Source: Myxococcota bacterium (GTDB lineage Bacteria; Myxococcota_A; Polyangia; Nannocystales; Nannocystaceae). From it: 64,000 bases of DNA. The stretch covers positions 64,001 through 128,000 of the forward strand of contig JBCCHT010000029.1 in the NCBI GenBank assembly GCA_039028615.1. The letters run 5' to 3'. The notes below the pieces were generated by a model. It made no database searches, had not been told where the DNA came from, and saw only the letters and a program-made list of their open reading frames with translations. The translations under genes were made by a program, and so were the position numbers. Below, in pieces: positions 41,801 to 50,535 of this stretch (positions are counted from its first letter, which is position 1; the number at the start of each line of letters is the position of its first letter).

Positions 41801-42599
41801 TCACGTAGACGCTCGCCGGGCGCGTCAGGTCGCAGGTGAGCCCCGCGGCGTCGGTGGTGCCGTCGTCTCCGCCGTCATCGCCGGAGCTGCCGCCGTCCAT
41901 CTCGAAATCGCTGTCGTCGGCCCCGTCGTCGAGGCTGTCGTCCCCTCCCCCGGTACCGCCTGTGGGAAGCTCGGTGCCGTCGCTGGCCAGGCTCAGTCGG
42001 GCGGGCACGCCGATGATGGCTCCCGGCGACGAGGCCAGGGGCTGCCCGTCGCTGCGCCGCGGCACGAGGGTGGACACCAGCGAGCTGGCGGGCGGCAGAG
42101 GATCGGGGTCGCTGCCGCCGATCGGGGTGTCGATCGCGTAGGCGGCGAACCCGGCCACGTCGAGCACGGTCAGGTCGCAGCTGCCGGTATTGGCCGACAT
42201 CGCCCGGCACGAGTCGGTGGTGGTGGTCATGGCCGACGGCAGGCTGCCGGCGGGGATGAAGTTGTAGCCCGGCGCGTCCGGGTCGAGGTCGACGAGCGCG
42301 GCGTCCCGGTCGCAGCGACGGAACATCGCCAGCTCGTTGCGCTCGGAGTTCGCCACGAACCCGATGAGCTGCGGCGTGGGCGAGTCGGAGATGGAGCAGC
42401 GACTGTCGCTCGCGCCTGCGCACTGGTTGAGCGACAGGACTTCGATCGCGGTGCCCGTGTCGCGCACGCAGGCGAGCACGGCATCGAGCGGTCGATCGAG
42501 CACCCGGTTGGGCACCAGGGTACGGTCATCGTCCCCGCAGCCCACCAAAGCGGCGGCAGCGAGGCACCAAGCGAGGATTCGGGGCACGGGGCGGCTCAT
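38832..42599 (-). CDS. Very large acidic Cys-rich lipoprotein (1255 aa), probable beta-propeller
   Basis: ATGA overlap with the upstream gene; AAAALVG-C lipobox; propeller-like GFVANSERNELA, VYVTFPSCQLVA and YLYVIAGDGS; CxxDxDC modules. Confidence 0.85.
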   Translation of the reverse strand: MSRPVPRILAWCLAAAALVGCGDDDRTLVPNRVLDRPLDAVLACVRDTGTAIEVLSLNQCAGASDSRCSISDSPTPQLIGFVANSERNELAMFRRCDRDAALVDLDPDAPGYNFIPAGSLPSAMTTTTDSCRAMSANTGSCDLTVLDVAGFAAYAIDTPIGGSDPDPLPPASSLVSTLVPRRSDGQPLASSPGAIIGVPARLSLASDGTELPTGGTGGGDDSLDDGADDSDFEMDGGSSGDDGGDDGTTDAAGLTCDLTRPASVYVTFPSCQLVAEISLGTQTILQSRRFVTNADGEIEIVDAGTEPLCPVDCPDQFDGALPAEVELVDPDGVFPTTLELVVDPDPDGTATEPNEVVTYSTLFVGGPGSEEVYEIELDEDGRFADTVQSLQLEEAEGVQGIRATPVTDILGETLQYLYVIAGDGSTHVVRRDPDRGSLGVECDTQIDPVLEAPSACVPLDPGQVGNELSRRPFAVGPGIRASGGATVNDWTFHEVSEEDARTFCSILETESIRPEDRHTPFCGPGVVGVGVTSVGTVVYSSFGQFFVDERVDVSVDPVGVMSVQVRPHSLWPAIDPFASNPVADALPLVADEEPGRALPGGGGDAQSLSPSLRRIDLAYATGANVSDTQEAVSTALGGVENIDGLGRFETEDGGLYTNAAPRVAVRDFQLWGSQAWTLAWEPTVPGTSSSTGLLECDNHGGVSPSGNALPGATCRNIEEDDARLLDEGAAFCEDGVLAGDKVVIGGCSDDDSCGLGQRCLREPTAPSTATGICISELAYDTERETLREVCAPFIRDPCGSAQREYRITRATDQELWLQPLDIPERTIVRDMATADELDPESAAPDVDLVEYRTRLSCDAPILHQGVGATPSTATAEACSIDDDCLPDPYDLVGEDPNQRGLMSCVVPEGESAGQCVGQQPDGGCNDDADCDGLGSQYVCVESLCRAPCDLCAPPTGEQPPLPCDSQFTVEGDFDEDGNPTVYTQECLGEGEVCVAGTCHVPCEDNNPGCMLSPLPGPRCFPELVRYSVQLHESLAFSGSSTPFLTDRVISSPLTGECVEDEQVSNLLTSRIRLGPDAESTFGTGLWQIPDCVNPDQASPDDPNPCRIVAERAAGPASLFHTFRYRDELVPAIRYSNPVMSVIIDLTSLTGLVSAPPDSPTRPWPASFAEFLRARIPDGYREEFASQNGFVPYNEPVVVGTSPLVYPVRIIRGPEFEADFIIDAGGRGGVAGIRGQVVRIVHDVAEINPDQQFLVR

Positions 42600-44830
42600 T
42601 GCGAGAACGGGTCCTGCAGGCCGAGACGGGCCAGCTCCTGGAAGCGCGTGGACCGTCGCCGAGACAGGTCGATCACGCTGATGGAAAACTCGAGGTTGTT
42701 GATCACGTACGCGACCTCGCGGTCCTCGTCGATCGTGAGGTCGTGAGGGCCCGTGCCCACGACGATTGCATCGACGACCCGGAGGGCCTCGAGGTCCACG
42801 ACATAGACGAGGGCGGCGCGGAAGCAGGTGATGAGCGCGAAGCGCTGCGAGGGCGTGCCGAAGGCGTCCCGCTCCGTGTAGATCTTCATGCGCGACGGCT
42901 CGGCGCACAGCTCGACCGGCGGCGCCGAAGGAATGTCGATGGGCTCGCCGTCGGCCCCCAGCGAGGTGTCGAGCGACAGCAACGCGCCGGGGTTGGTCTG
43001 CACGACGAGCAGCTGGTCCCCGCGCGGGTCGGCGAAGGCCATGTCGCCCAGGATCGGCGAGAAGGTCAGGCTGGTATCGAGCAGCAGCGAGGGCTGGATG
43101 CGTCGCGAGCCCCGGACCTGCGGCTCACACTCGATGGCGCAGGGCTGACCGATCTGGTCGGGCGTGGCGCAGTACGGCCCGCCGTAGCCCTCGCCGCAGC
43201 CCCCGTCGGCGCAGTCGACCGCGCAGCCCAGGTCGCCGCCGTCGAGGCCGAGGCCCTCGCCTTCACAGCACGGGATTTGGTCGGCCGACGCCATGTCGCA
43301 CTGCTCGGCCGCGGTCAGGCCCCCGTCGATGTCGGAGAACCCGGCGCAGCACTTGGCGCGGTCGAAGCCGCGATCGCAGGTGATGCTGCTGTCGTCGCCC
43401 TGGCTCTGGATGCGGCACTCGGTGCGCAGGCCGTCGATGTTGCAGTCCTCGCGCTCGGCCGCCGGGGTGATGCGCTCGGCCACGCCGCCCACGTCGAGGC
43501 CGCTGGCGGTGAAGCTGATGACCTGCCCCGCGAAGCGTAGGCTCGTGTAGATGAGCGGGCGGGTGCAGCCCTGGGTCACCACGGGCACGTTGCCGAGCGG
43601 GTCGGCGGCGCCCAGCGGGCCCTGCCCCTGCTCGAAGCAGGGACGCGCGGCCAGGCCGAAACCACCGGTCGCGCCCGCGCCCACCGTGTACAGCGGGGCC
43701 AGGTCGACGATGGCGGGATCGGTGCCCCCACGAACGCCGTCGAGGTCGATGACGCTCAGCTGCGAGCCATCGGCGTGGGCCACGAAGGCCATGCGCTGCC
43801 CTCGACCGTCGGGCTCGTTGAGCGCGGTGTCCCGCTCCCAGATCATCGCGTTGAAGGGCTCGCGCTCCAGCGTGTCGAGATCGGGGTCGTTGCGGAGCGT
43901 GTCGAGGCGATGCGCATCGCCGCACAGCTCGGGGTCGAGGTCGTCACCGCCCTGCTCGCACTCGAGGCGCAGGCTGTCGCCGCTGGACTCGACGTCGATA
44001 TAGGTGATGCTGGGATCGCCGCGGACGGGCAGCCACAGCCGGGTAAAGTCCTCGCCGGCGTCGTCCTGCTCGATGGACGCCGCGAAGGTCGTCGCGAAGT
44101 CGCCGACGTGGGCCATGCTGCGCACGAAGGGCTGCTCGTCGCACTCGACGATGTGGGGCAGCAACGGCAAGCGGCGGCAGGGGCCCGTGGTGGGGTCGCT
44201 GCCCTCGTCGATGTCGGTGCCCGGCGGCAGCACGCAGCGGTTGATGGTCCCCTGCTCGGTCTGCACGTCGTGGCAGAAGGGATCGAGCGCGCCTCGCCGC
44301 GGGTCACAGACCTCGCGCACCGGGGCGAAGGCGTCGCGCAGCGTGTCGTAGACCTCGGCTCGAAGGAGCGCCTGCTCGTCTTCGGGGAGCCCCCCATCGA
44401 TTGCGGCCAGGTTGGTACGCGCGGTGTCGAGCGCGGCTTGGGCCAGCGGCTGACGATCGAGGCATTCCTGCCGGGCGTTGCCGGGATAGGGCTCGTACCA
44501 AGAGCGCCAGAAGTCGCGCAGGTCGATGGCCACCACCGTGCCGGTATTGAAGGTCCGGTCGTTGTTGCCGTTGGCAACGTACAGGTAGCGCGGCCCGGGG
44601 ACGTCATCCGTCGGCTCGGGCAGCACCACCGCATCGAGGTCGGGCTCGGGGTTGGCCAGCTCGTCGTCCACGACGCCATCGCGATTGATGGGGTCGAGCA
44701 GGACGCCACTGGGAAAGAAGAACCGCTCCCCTGGGGGGGTCTGCCCGAGGTTGGTGGCTTCGCAGGCGCCACCTAGCACAATCATCAGCAGCGACCCGAT
44801 GGCCGCGCCATACCCGGTTCGGGCGCGCAT
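42596..44830 (-). CDS. Lipoprotein with YVTN/YncE-like beta-propeller and Cys-rich inserts
   Basis: VLGGA-C lipobox; FFFPSG, RYLYVANGN, VYVVDL, VGTGPHDL and AYVINNLEFSISVIDL. Confidence 0.85.
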   Translation of the reverse strand: MRARTGYGAAIGSLLMIVLGGACEATNLGQTPPGERFFFPSGVLLDPINRDGVVDDELANPEPDLDAVVLPEPTDDVPGPRYLYVANGNNDRTFNTGTVVAIDLRDFWRSWYEPYPGNARQECLDRQPLAQAALDTARTNLAAIDGGLPEDEQALLRAEVYDTLRDAFAPVREVCDPRRGALDPFCHDVQTEQGTINRCVLPPGTDIDEGSDPTTGPCRRLPLLPHIVECDEQPFVRSMAHVGDFATTFAASIEQDDAGEDFTRLWLPVRGDPSITYIDVESSGDSLRLECEQGGDDLDPELCGDAHRLDTLRNDPDLDTLEREPFNAMIWERDTALNEPDGRGQRMAFVAHADGSQLSVIDLDGVRGGTDPAIVDLAPLYTVGAGATGGFGLAARPCFEQGQGPLGAADPLGNVPVVTQGCTRPLIYTSLRFAGQVISFTASGLDVGGVAERITPAAEREDCNIDGLRTECRIQSQGDDSSITCDRGFDRAKCCAGFSDIDGGLTAAEQCDMASADQIPCCEGEGLGLDGGDLGCAVDCADGGCGEGYGGPYCATPDQIGQPCAIECEPQVRGSRRIQPSLLLDTSLTFSPILGDMAFADPRGDQLLVVQTNPGALLSLDTSLGADGEPIDIPSAPPVELCAEPSRMKIYTERDAFGTPSQRFALITCFRAALVYVVDLEALRVVDAIVVGTGPHDLTIDEDREVAYVINNLEFSISVIDLSRRRSTRFQELARLGLQDPFSQ

Positions 44831-45042
44831 TGGCCGGAACCTACCACAGGGTTACGCGCGCCCCCACGGGTCCGGGACCCTTCGCCACATCGTCGCGGGG
44901 CGACCCCGGACATTGGCCCCAGTGACGTCCGTCACGGCTCCCTGAGGGGCTGTGCGTGGCCGTCGTCGACGAATCACGCCCAACCCGCGCCAAGGGGCGC
45001 ACGGGGGCCGCGGGCGAGGTGCGGGGGCCTTTGGCGAAGGCC

Positions 45043-45837
45043 TCAGCTGTCGTCGCCGGGACCCGCGCTCGGCCCCAGCTTGGTGAAGAATTGTCGCGAC
45101 CGCAGCGGGGCTCGTAGATGGGCCCGCAGCCAGCCGGAGACCAGATCTCGCAGCGCCCGCCGATGCCCCGCCGGGAGCGCTTCCACGGCCGCCAACGCGT
45201 CTTCGATCGAGGTGTCATCGACGGCCTCCACGAGACAACGAGCCGCATCGATGACCGGGGTCAGGGCACGCTCGGCGCCGCGTCCGTGGAGCGGGCACAG
45301 CGTGCCGCCGCGCGCATCGTCGATGGGCACGGTGGGACCGCGACCGATCTCGTCTCCGCAGACCGCACACGCTCCCAGCGCGGGCAGCAATCCCAGCGAC
45401 CACAGCAGCCGCAACTCGAACAATCGCAACACCACCGCCCGCGGGGGCTGATCCATCGTTCGCCGGATCGCCCCGTACAGCGCGGTGAACAGCGCGGGGT
45501 CGGGCTCGGGCTCGTGCAGCAATACGTCGGTCAGCTCGCACAGGTAGGCGACATAGGCAAAGCGGGTGAGATCCCGGCCCAGCCCGCTGTGGTCGAGGCT
45601 CGGCGAGAACGCCTCCAGCCGCGACAGCCCGTTGCGACGAAACGCCAAGGTCGCCTCCCCCACGGCGCCGCCACTGAGCCCGCCCGGGAACCGACGTCGG
45701 CTCTTGCGGGCGTGCCGGGCCGCCGCCCGTACCTTGCCTTGCTGCGGCGTCAGCAACACGACCAACACGTCGGCCTCGCCCATGGGCCGGGTCGCCAGCA
45801 CCACCGCGGGGACACGCTCGCCGGGACCGGTCCGCAT
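45043..45837 (-). CDS. recO: DNA repair protein RecO
   Basis: AVVL...GEADVLVVLLT...GKVRAAARHARKSRRRF, FELRLL, and Zn finger CAVC...CPLH. Confidence 0.95.
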   Translation of the reverse strand: MRTGPGERVPAVVLATRPMGEADVLVVLLTPQQGKVRAAARHARKSRRRFPGGLSGGAVGEATLAFRRNGLSRLEAFSPSLDHSGLGRDLTRFAYVAYLCELTDVLLHEPEPDPALFTALYGAIRRTMDQPPRAVVLRLFELRLLWSLGLLPALGACAVCGDEIGRGPTVPIDDARGGTLCPLHGRGAERALTPVIDAARCLVEAVDDTSIEDALAAVEALPAGHRRALRDLVSGWLRAHLRAPLRSRQFFTKLGPSAGPGDDS

Positions 45838-47193
45838 TCAGATCCCGATCAGAACCGTGGCCAGCCAAAAATAGAAGAGGAGCCCCATGACATCGACCGA
45901 GGTGGTGACGAAGGGACCGGTGGCCACCGCCGGGTCGACCCCGAATCGATCGAGGACCAGCGGGGTGCAGGTACCGACCGCCGCGGCGATGGTCATCGAG
46001 CCGGCCGTGCCCAGCATCACCACCGCCCCCAAGCGGAGCGGGTCGACCTCGTTGGCCACGGCCGTCGACGCCAAGGCGATGAGCAGGCCGTAGAGCAGCC
46101 CGAGCGAAGCGCCCAGAGAGACTTCGCGAACGACCAGGCGACGCACCCGGCTCGCCTCGACGAAACCGACGGCCAGACCGCGAACGACGATGGTGGAGCT
46201 CTGCATGCCCACGTTGCCGCCCATGCCCGCGACGACCGGCATGAAGAACCCGAGAGCGGGCACGGTGGCGAGCGCATGGTCGAAGCTGGACAGTGACAGC
46301 GCGGCGGCCGTGCCCCCGATCGCGGCGGCCAGGAGCCAGCGCCAGCGCACCCGAAAGCTGCCCACGAAGGTGCGGACCTCGGCGAGTTCTTCACCCGCGC
46401 CGGCCATCTTGAGGATGTCCTCGGTGGCCTCTTCTCGGATGACGTCGACGATGTCGTCGACCTCGACCACGCCGAGCATCACGTCGAACTCGTCGATGAC
46501 GGGGACCGCCACCAGGTCGTAGCGCATCACCAGGTCGGCCACGTCCTCCTGGTCGGTGTCGGCGGTGGCCCGCACCACCTCGCGCTCCATGACGTCGCGG
46601 ATCCTCTGGCTCGAGCGGCTGATGACCAGCATGCGCAGCGAGCAGACCCCCACGAGCCGGCCGTCGACGTCGACCACGTACACGTAGAACGCGGTCTCGG
46701 GCGGCTCCTCTTCGTCTTGGATCATCGCCAGGGCGTCGCCGACGGTGGCGTCGGGCGAGACCTGGAAGTACTGCGGCGACATGATGCCGCCCGCGGTGTT
46801 CTCGTCGTACGCGAGCAGCTCCTCGAGCTCGTTGGCGTCGTCCTCGTCGAGCCGCCCCAGGATCTTCTGCAGCTGCTCTTCATCGACGCGGCCGAGGATG
46901 TCGACCGCGTCGTCGACGTCGAGGTCGTCGAGCAGGCTCGCCGCTTCCTCGGGCACCAGCTGCGCCACGAGCTCGGCCGCCGTCTCGTGGCGCATGGCCT
47001 CGAGCACTTCCGAGCGCCGATCCAGCGGCAGCAGCTGCATGACCCGCAGCTGATCGTCGACATCGAGGTTGTCGAGCTGGCTGGCGACCTGGACGTCGTC
47101 TTGACGCTGCAGCGTGCGACGCAAGCGACGGCTGTCTCCCGCACGCAACAGCGTGTGGATCACCTGGATCTTGCGCGTGCGGGTCCCGACCAT
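45838..47193 (-). CDS. mgtE: Magnesium transporter MgtE
   Basis: DDAVD, TAGGIM, CBS pair, EEATEDI, PVVAGMGGNVGMQS and DPAVATGPFVTTSVD. Confidence 0.96.
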   Translation of the reverse strand: MVGTRTRKIQVIHTLLRAGDSRRLRRTLQRQDDVQVASQLDNLDVDDQLRVMQLLPLDRRSEVLEAMRHETAAELVAQLVPEEAASLLDDLDVDDAVDILGRVDEEQLQKILGRLDEDDANELEELLAYDENTAGGIMSPQYFQVSPDATVGDALAMIQDEEEPPETAFYVYVVDVDGRLVGVCSLRMLVISRSSQRIRDVMEREVVRATADTDQEDVADLVMRYDLVAVPVIDEFDVMLGVVEVDDIVDVIREEATEDILKMAGAGEELAEVRTFVGSFRVRWRWLLAAAIGGTAAALSLSSFDHALATVPALGFFMPVVAGMGGNVGMQSSTIVVRGLAVGFVEASRVRRLVVREVSLGASLGLLYGLLIALASTAVANEVDPLRLGAVVMLGTAGSMTIAAAVGTCTPLVLDRFGVDPAVATGPFVTTSVDVMGLLFYFWLATVLIGI

Positions 47194-47278
47194 GGGCGCC
47201 CGGATGATACGTCCCCACCCCGCCCGCCGCTACGCGAGCGAAGGCAGGGCCGAGGCGGTCACCGACGAAGCTCGGCGG

Positions 47279-47854
47279 CTAGACGTTGGGGCCCGCCGGG
47301 CCGCTACCGACGAGGTTGAACGCCGCCATCACCAAGATGGCCACGAACGCGGCGACGGTCAGCCACAGCAGGGAGTTGGCCCGAGGCAGTCGGACCAGGG
47401 CACGCTTGACCACGCCACCATCGGGCGCGGGGCGTTCCTTGACGCGCGGCGCCACGGGAGCGGCGGGCACGACCACCGCTTCGCTCTCGGTGCTCGCACT
47501 CGAGGGACGTTGCTGTTGGCGGCGGGCCTGCAGGGCAGCGCGCTCACGCTCGTACAGCAGCTCCATCACCGTCTCGCTGGGCAGGCCCAACGCGCGGGTG
47601 CAGCATCGGAGGAAGCCCTTGACGAAGACCGGTCCGGGCAGCGCCTCGAACTCGTCGTCCTCGAGCCGACGCAGGCTCGATGCGGGGATCTTGGTGGCCA
47701 CCGCGAGCTGCTCGACGCTGAGCCCACGGCGTTGCCGTTGCTCGCGAATGTAGCCGCCGGGCGAAGGCACGTCGCCAACGATCGGCTCGTCGGGCTCCGC
47801 CGGGCGGGGAGCGTCCAATGCGACGACGCGCAGCCGGCTCATCTCGGCTTGCAT
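47279..47854 (-). CDS. RodZ-like HTH (HTH_25) protein with C-terminal TM helix
   Basis: PGGYIREQRQRRGLS...TKI...LEDDEFEALPGPVFVKGFLR; TM LLWLTVAAFVAILVMAAF; no periplasmic domain. Confidence 0.85.
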   Translation of the reverse strand: MQAEMSRLRVVALDAPRPAEPDEPIVGDVPSPGGYIREQRQRRGLSVEQLAVATKIPASSLRRLEDDEFEALPGPVFVKGFLRCCTRALGLPSETVMELLYERERAALQARRQQQRPSSASTESEAVVVPAAPVAPRVKERPAPDGGVVKRALVRLPRANSLLWLTVAAFVAILVMAAFNLVGSGPAGPNV

Positions 47855-48061
47855 TGCGGCCGAGTGTGGCGTGAAGCCGCACCATGGGGCAAGGCCTCTC
47901 GCGCTCCAGATGATGGTCAGAAGATCGCGACAGACACGCGATCCAAGGGCGGGCCAACCCGAATGTCCGGTGGTTTCGATGCCTTGAGCCCAGATCGGCC
48001 CAGGGTCCTACGTGTGGGCCCCAACGCCCGAACGGATTGATCCGGGGGCAAGGATCTCCCT

Positions 48062-49000
48062 TTAGGGAGTGCTCTGCGCTATCGCGTCGGTCGCGCTGGG
48101 CTGATCCCCGAGGAATCGGCCGCAGTCTTGGGCCAGACAACTGCGCGGAGCGAGCGAGACACAGGTGCCGAAGGCCTCGTGGGCCAGGCCGTCGTTGCTC
48201 ACCCGAAGGCTCGCCACGCCGAGGATCCGATGGGCGTCTTGGATCGGACACCGCGGATCATCGACCACGGCCTTCGCCTGTTCGATCGCGTCCTCGGGTC
48301 GGTTGGCATCGAGGTAGACCTGCGCCAAGCGATACCGCGCCACGCAGAAGTCGGGGTTGAGCATCACCGCCTGGCGCAGCTCGTTGGTCGCGCTGACGTG
48401 ATCTCCGAGGTTGTAGTAGGCCCAGCCGAGGTTGGTCAGCGCGGAGTAGCGGTCGGCGTAGAACCGTTGGTCCAGCGCGGCGCGGGAGTTTGTGATCGCC
48501 TTTTCGTGATCGTGAAAGAACAGATCCACCACCGACTCCGAGTTTTTGGCTCGGCCTCGACCGGCAGCCCCATCGGGGTAGTGCTCGGCCGCGGCAGAGA
48601 ACGACTCTCGAGCCTGGGCGTGCAGCTGCTGCGCCTTGCGGATCTGGAGCTCGGCCGCCTCGTCGCGCAGGCATTGCTCGGTCTCCACCGCATCGACCAA
48701 CGCCCTCCCCTCGTTGAGCAGGAGCAAGCCGCGGAGGTAGTACGAATCGGCATGTTCGGGATCGCTTCGCAGCGCCCGTTCAATCTGTAGCTTCGCGTCC
48801 TCGTACATGCCGTTGTGGAACGAGCCGACCGCGACGTCGTAGTGCTTGTCGGCGGGGCTGACCTCCTTGGCCGTCGGGTCGTCGGTCTCCTCGGCTCGGC
48901 GAGCCGCGCAACCAGGTGCGCCTGTGACGCTACCGAGCAGCACTGCCACGGCCAGCGCGCGAGCCGCAAAAACGCCGAGACCTCGTACGGGTGCGAGCAT
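48062..49000 (-). CDS. tgl: Tgl/PilF-like TPR lipoprotein (type IV pilus secretin pilotin)
   Basis: APG-C lipobox; tandem TPRs (ALTNLGWAYYNLGD, NPDFCVARYRLA); several Cys; upstream of a RodZ-like HTH gene as pilF/tgl genes usually are. Confidence 0.7.
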   Translation of the reverse strand: MLAPVRGLGVFAARALAVAVLLGSVTGAPGCAARRAEETDDPTAKEVSPADKHYDVAVGSFHNGMYEDAKLQIERALRSDPEHADSYYLRGLLLLNEGRALVDAVETEQCLRDEAAELQIRKAQQLHAQARESFSAAAEHYPDGAAGRGRAKNSESVVDLFFHDHEKAITNSRAALDQRFYADRYSALTNLGWAYYNLGDHVSATNELRQAVMLNPDFCVARYRLAQVYLDANRPEDAIEQAKAVVDDPRCPIQDAHRILGVASLRVSNDGLAHEAFGTCVSLAPRSCLAQDCGRFLGDQPSATDAIAQSTP

Positions 49001-49126
49001 GCGGGGACGATAGGCACGGACCGCGCCGGTTCCCAAAAAACCCGACGAGGATTGCATGAAAGGGCATGCCATTTCGTTGGGCCGATCGTCGCTTGCCTGG
49101 TGGCTCGGATGCGGCATGCTCCCAAC

Positions 49127-49951
49127 GTGTCCGTCGTGCTCGTCGCCCTGCTCGACGCCCATACCGAAGGGGCGAGCTGGGCTCGACCTTGGCTCGTGGA
49201 AACCCTGTGTGGAAATCTCCCCGGGTACGCCGAAGGCAGCGACCTGACCCTACGCGGGTGGAGTGTCGGCGCGGCCTGGGGCAACGAAACGCTCGTGCAA
49301 TCGCGCCCCATCGTGCGCGACCGTTCGGTCGATCCCGTCGATGATCTGCTGCGTACGCCCGCGTCCTGTGTCATCGCAGCGTTCGGCGTGCAGCCGGCCA
49401 ATGGCGCCGGCCTGGCCGCGCCTCCGGTCATCAAGCTCTCTCGCTTCCGGCGCTGGCTCGGCGTTCGAGTGGGCTGTTCCCTCCCCGCCGAACGCTCCGC
49501 CGCGCTGCGTCGGGATCTCCCCGGGTTCCTCGAGCGGCATCAAGTGGACCGCAGCGATCGCGAGCTCGTGTTCCTCACCTTCCTCGCTCAGCTCCATGCC
49601 GCGGGCGGGCTGCGCAAGACCTACTCGCCGCCGGATCTCATCCGCGAGGCGCTGCGGGCCACCGTCGATCGCCTCGAGCTCGAGCCGCCGCACAACCTGA
49701 TGGTGAGCGATGGTCGTACCTTCGCCATGCTGCACGAAGGCGGCTCGCTGCTGTCCTTCGAGCCGCCCATCACCGACGCGCAGCCTCGGCAGCGCTTCCG
49801 CGTGACCGGCGAGCGCGACGACGGGCGCCGCACCAACCTGCTGCTGCACTCCGAGTCCGATCCCCCCGAAGCCCCGCAGCACGGTGGCGAGCGGGTCGCC
49901 CCCGGGCCCTTCTCCATCGACGTTCGCCGGCCTCGCGCCATCGAGCGCTGA
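49127..49951 (+). CDS. Class II glutamine amidotransferase (Ntn)-like protein, degenerate
   Basis: GWSVGAAWG, FRRWL, LRRDLPGFLERH...SDRELVFLTFL and NLMVSDG resemble the EgtC/YafJ-type fold; no N-terminal Cys. Start is GTG 49127 or ATG 49109. Confidence 0.6.
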   Translation: MSVVLVALLDAHTEGASWARPWLVETLCGNLPGYAEGSDLTLRGWSVGAAWGNETLVQSRPIVRDRSVDPVDDLLRTPASCVIAAFGVQPANGAGLAAPPVIKLSRFRRWLGVRVGCSLPAERSAALRRDLPGFLERHQVDRSDRELVFLTFLAQLHAAGGLRKTYSPPDLIREALRATVDRLELEPPHNLMVSDGRTFAMLHEGGSLLSFEPPITDAQPRQRFRVTGERDDGRRTNLLLHSESDPPEAPQHGGERVAPGPFSIDVRRPRAIER

Positions 49952-49983
49952 ATCAGGGCGGTCCGTGCTACGCCTTCGGGTCC

Positions 49984-50532
49984 ATGTCGGATTCGGATGC
50001 CCGCGACCAAGCGAGAGCTGCGCTCGACGTGCTGCGCCAGCGCGTCGATGCCCACTTCGATGCCGCCCTCGAGCGCAGCGCCGATCAGATGCAGTGCCGA
50101 GCCGGGTGCGCGCGGTGCTGCCACCAACGCTTCGGCGTGTTCGAGGTCGAGGCGCACCGAGTCCGCGCCGCACTCGTTCGCCTGGGGCGCCAGGATCCCG
50201 AGCTGCGGGAGCGTGTGCGACAACAAGCCGACGACCCCGACGCCGCCGTGCACTGTGCCCTGCTCGTCGACGATCGCTGCACCGTCTACGAAGACCGGCC
50301 CCTCCTGTGCCGGACCCACGGGCTGCCCACCTTGATCCGCGACGAGCAAGGCACCTCGCTTCAGGGCTGCCCGCTCAACTTCACCTCGGAGGAGCCGCCG
50401 CCGGCCAGCGTGCTCGATCTGTCGGCGGTCAATGCCCCGCTGTCGGTCATGGCTCGGATGTGGGACGGGCACGGCGCTCGGATCGACCTCGCCGATCTCG
50501 CGGCCGCGGTCGATCCGCTCGACGAAGCCTGA
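49984..50532 (+). CDS. YkgJ family (CxxCxxCC) cysteine-cluster protein
   Basis: CRAGCARCC, CALL...CTVYEDRPLLCRTHG and CPLNF. Confidence 0.9.
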   Translation: MSDSDARDQARAALDVLRQRVDAHFDAALERSADQMQCRAGCARCCHQRFGVFEVEAHRVRAALVRLGRQDPELRERVRQQADDPDAAVHCALLVDDRCTVYEDRPLLCRTHGLPTLIRDEQGTSLQGCPLNFTSEEPPPASVLDLSAVNAPLSVMARMWDGHGARIDLADLAAAVDPLDEA

Positions 50533-50535
50533 CGC

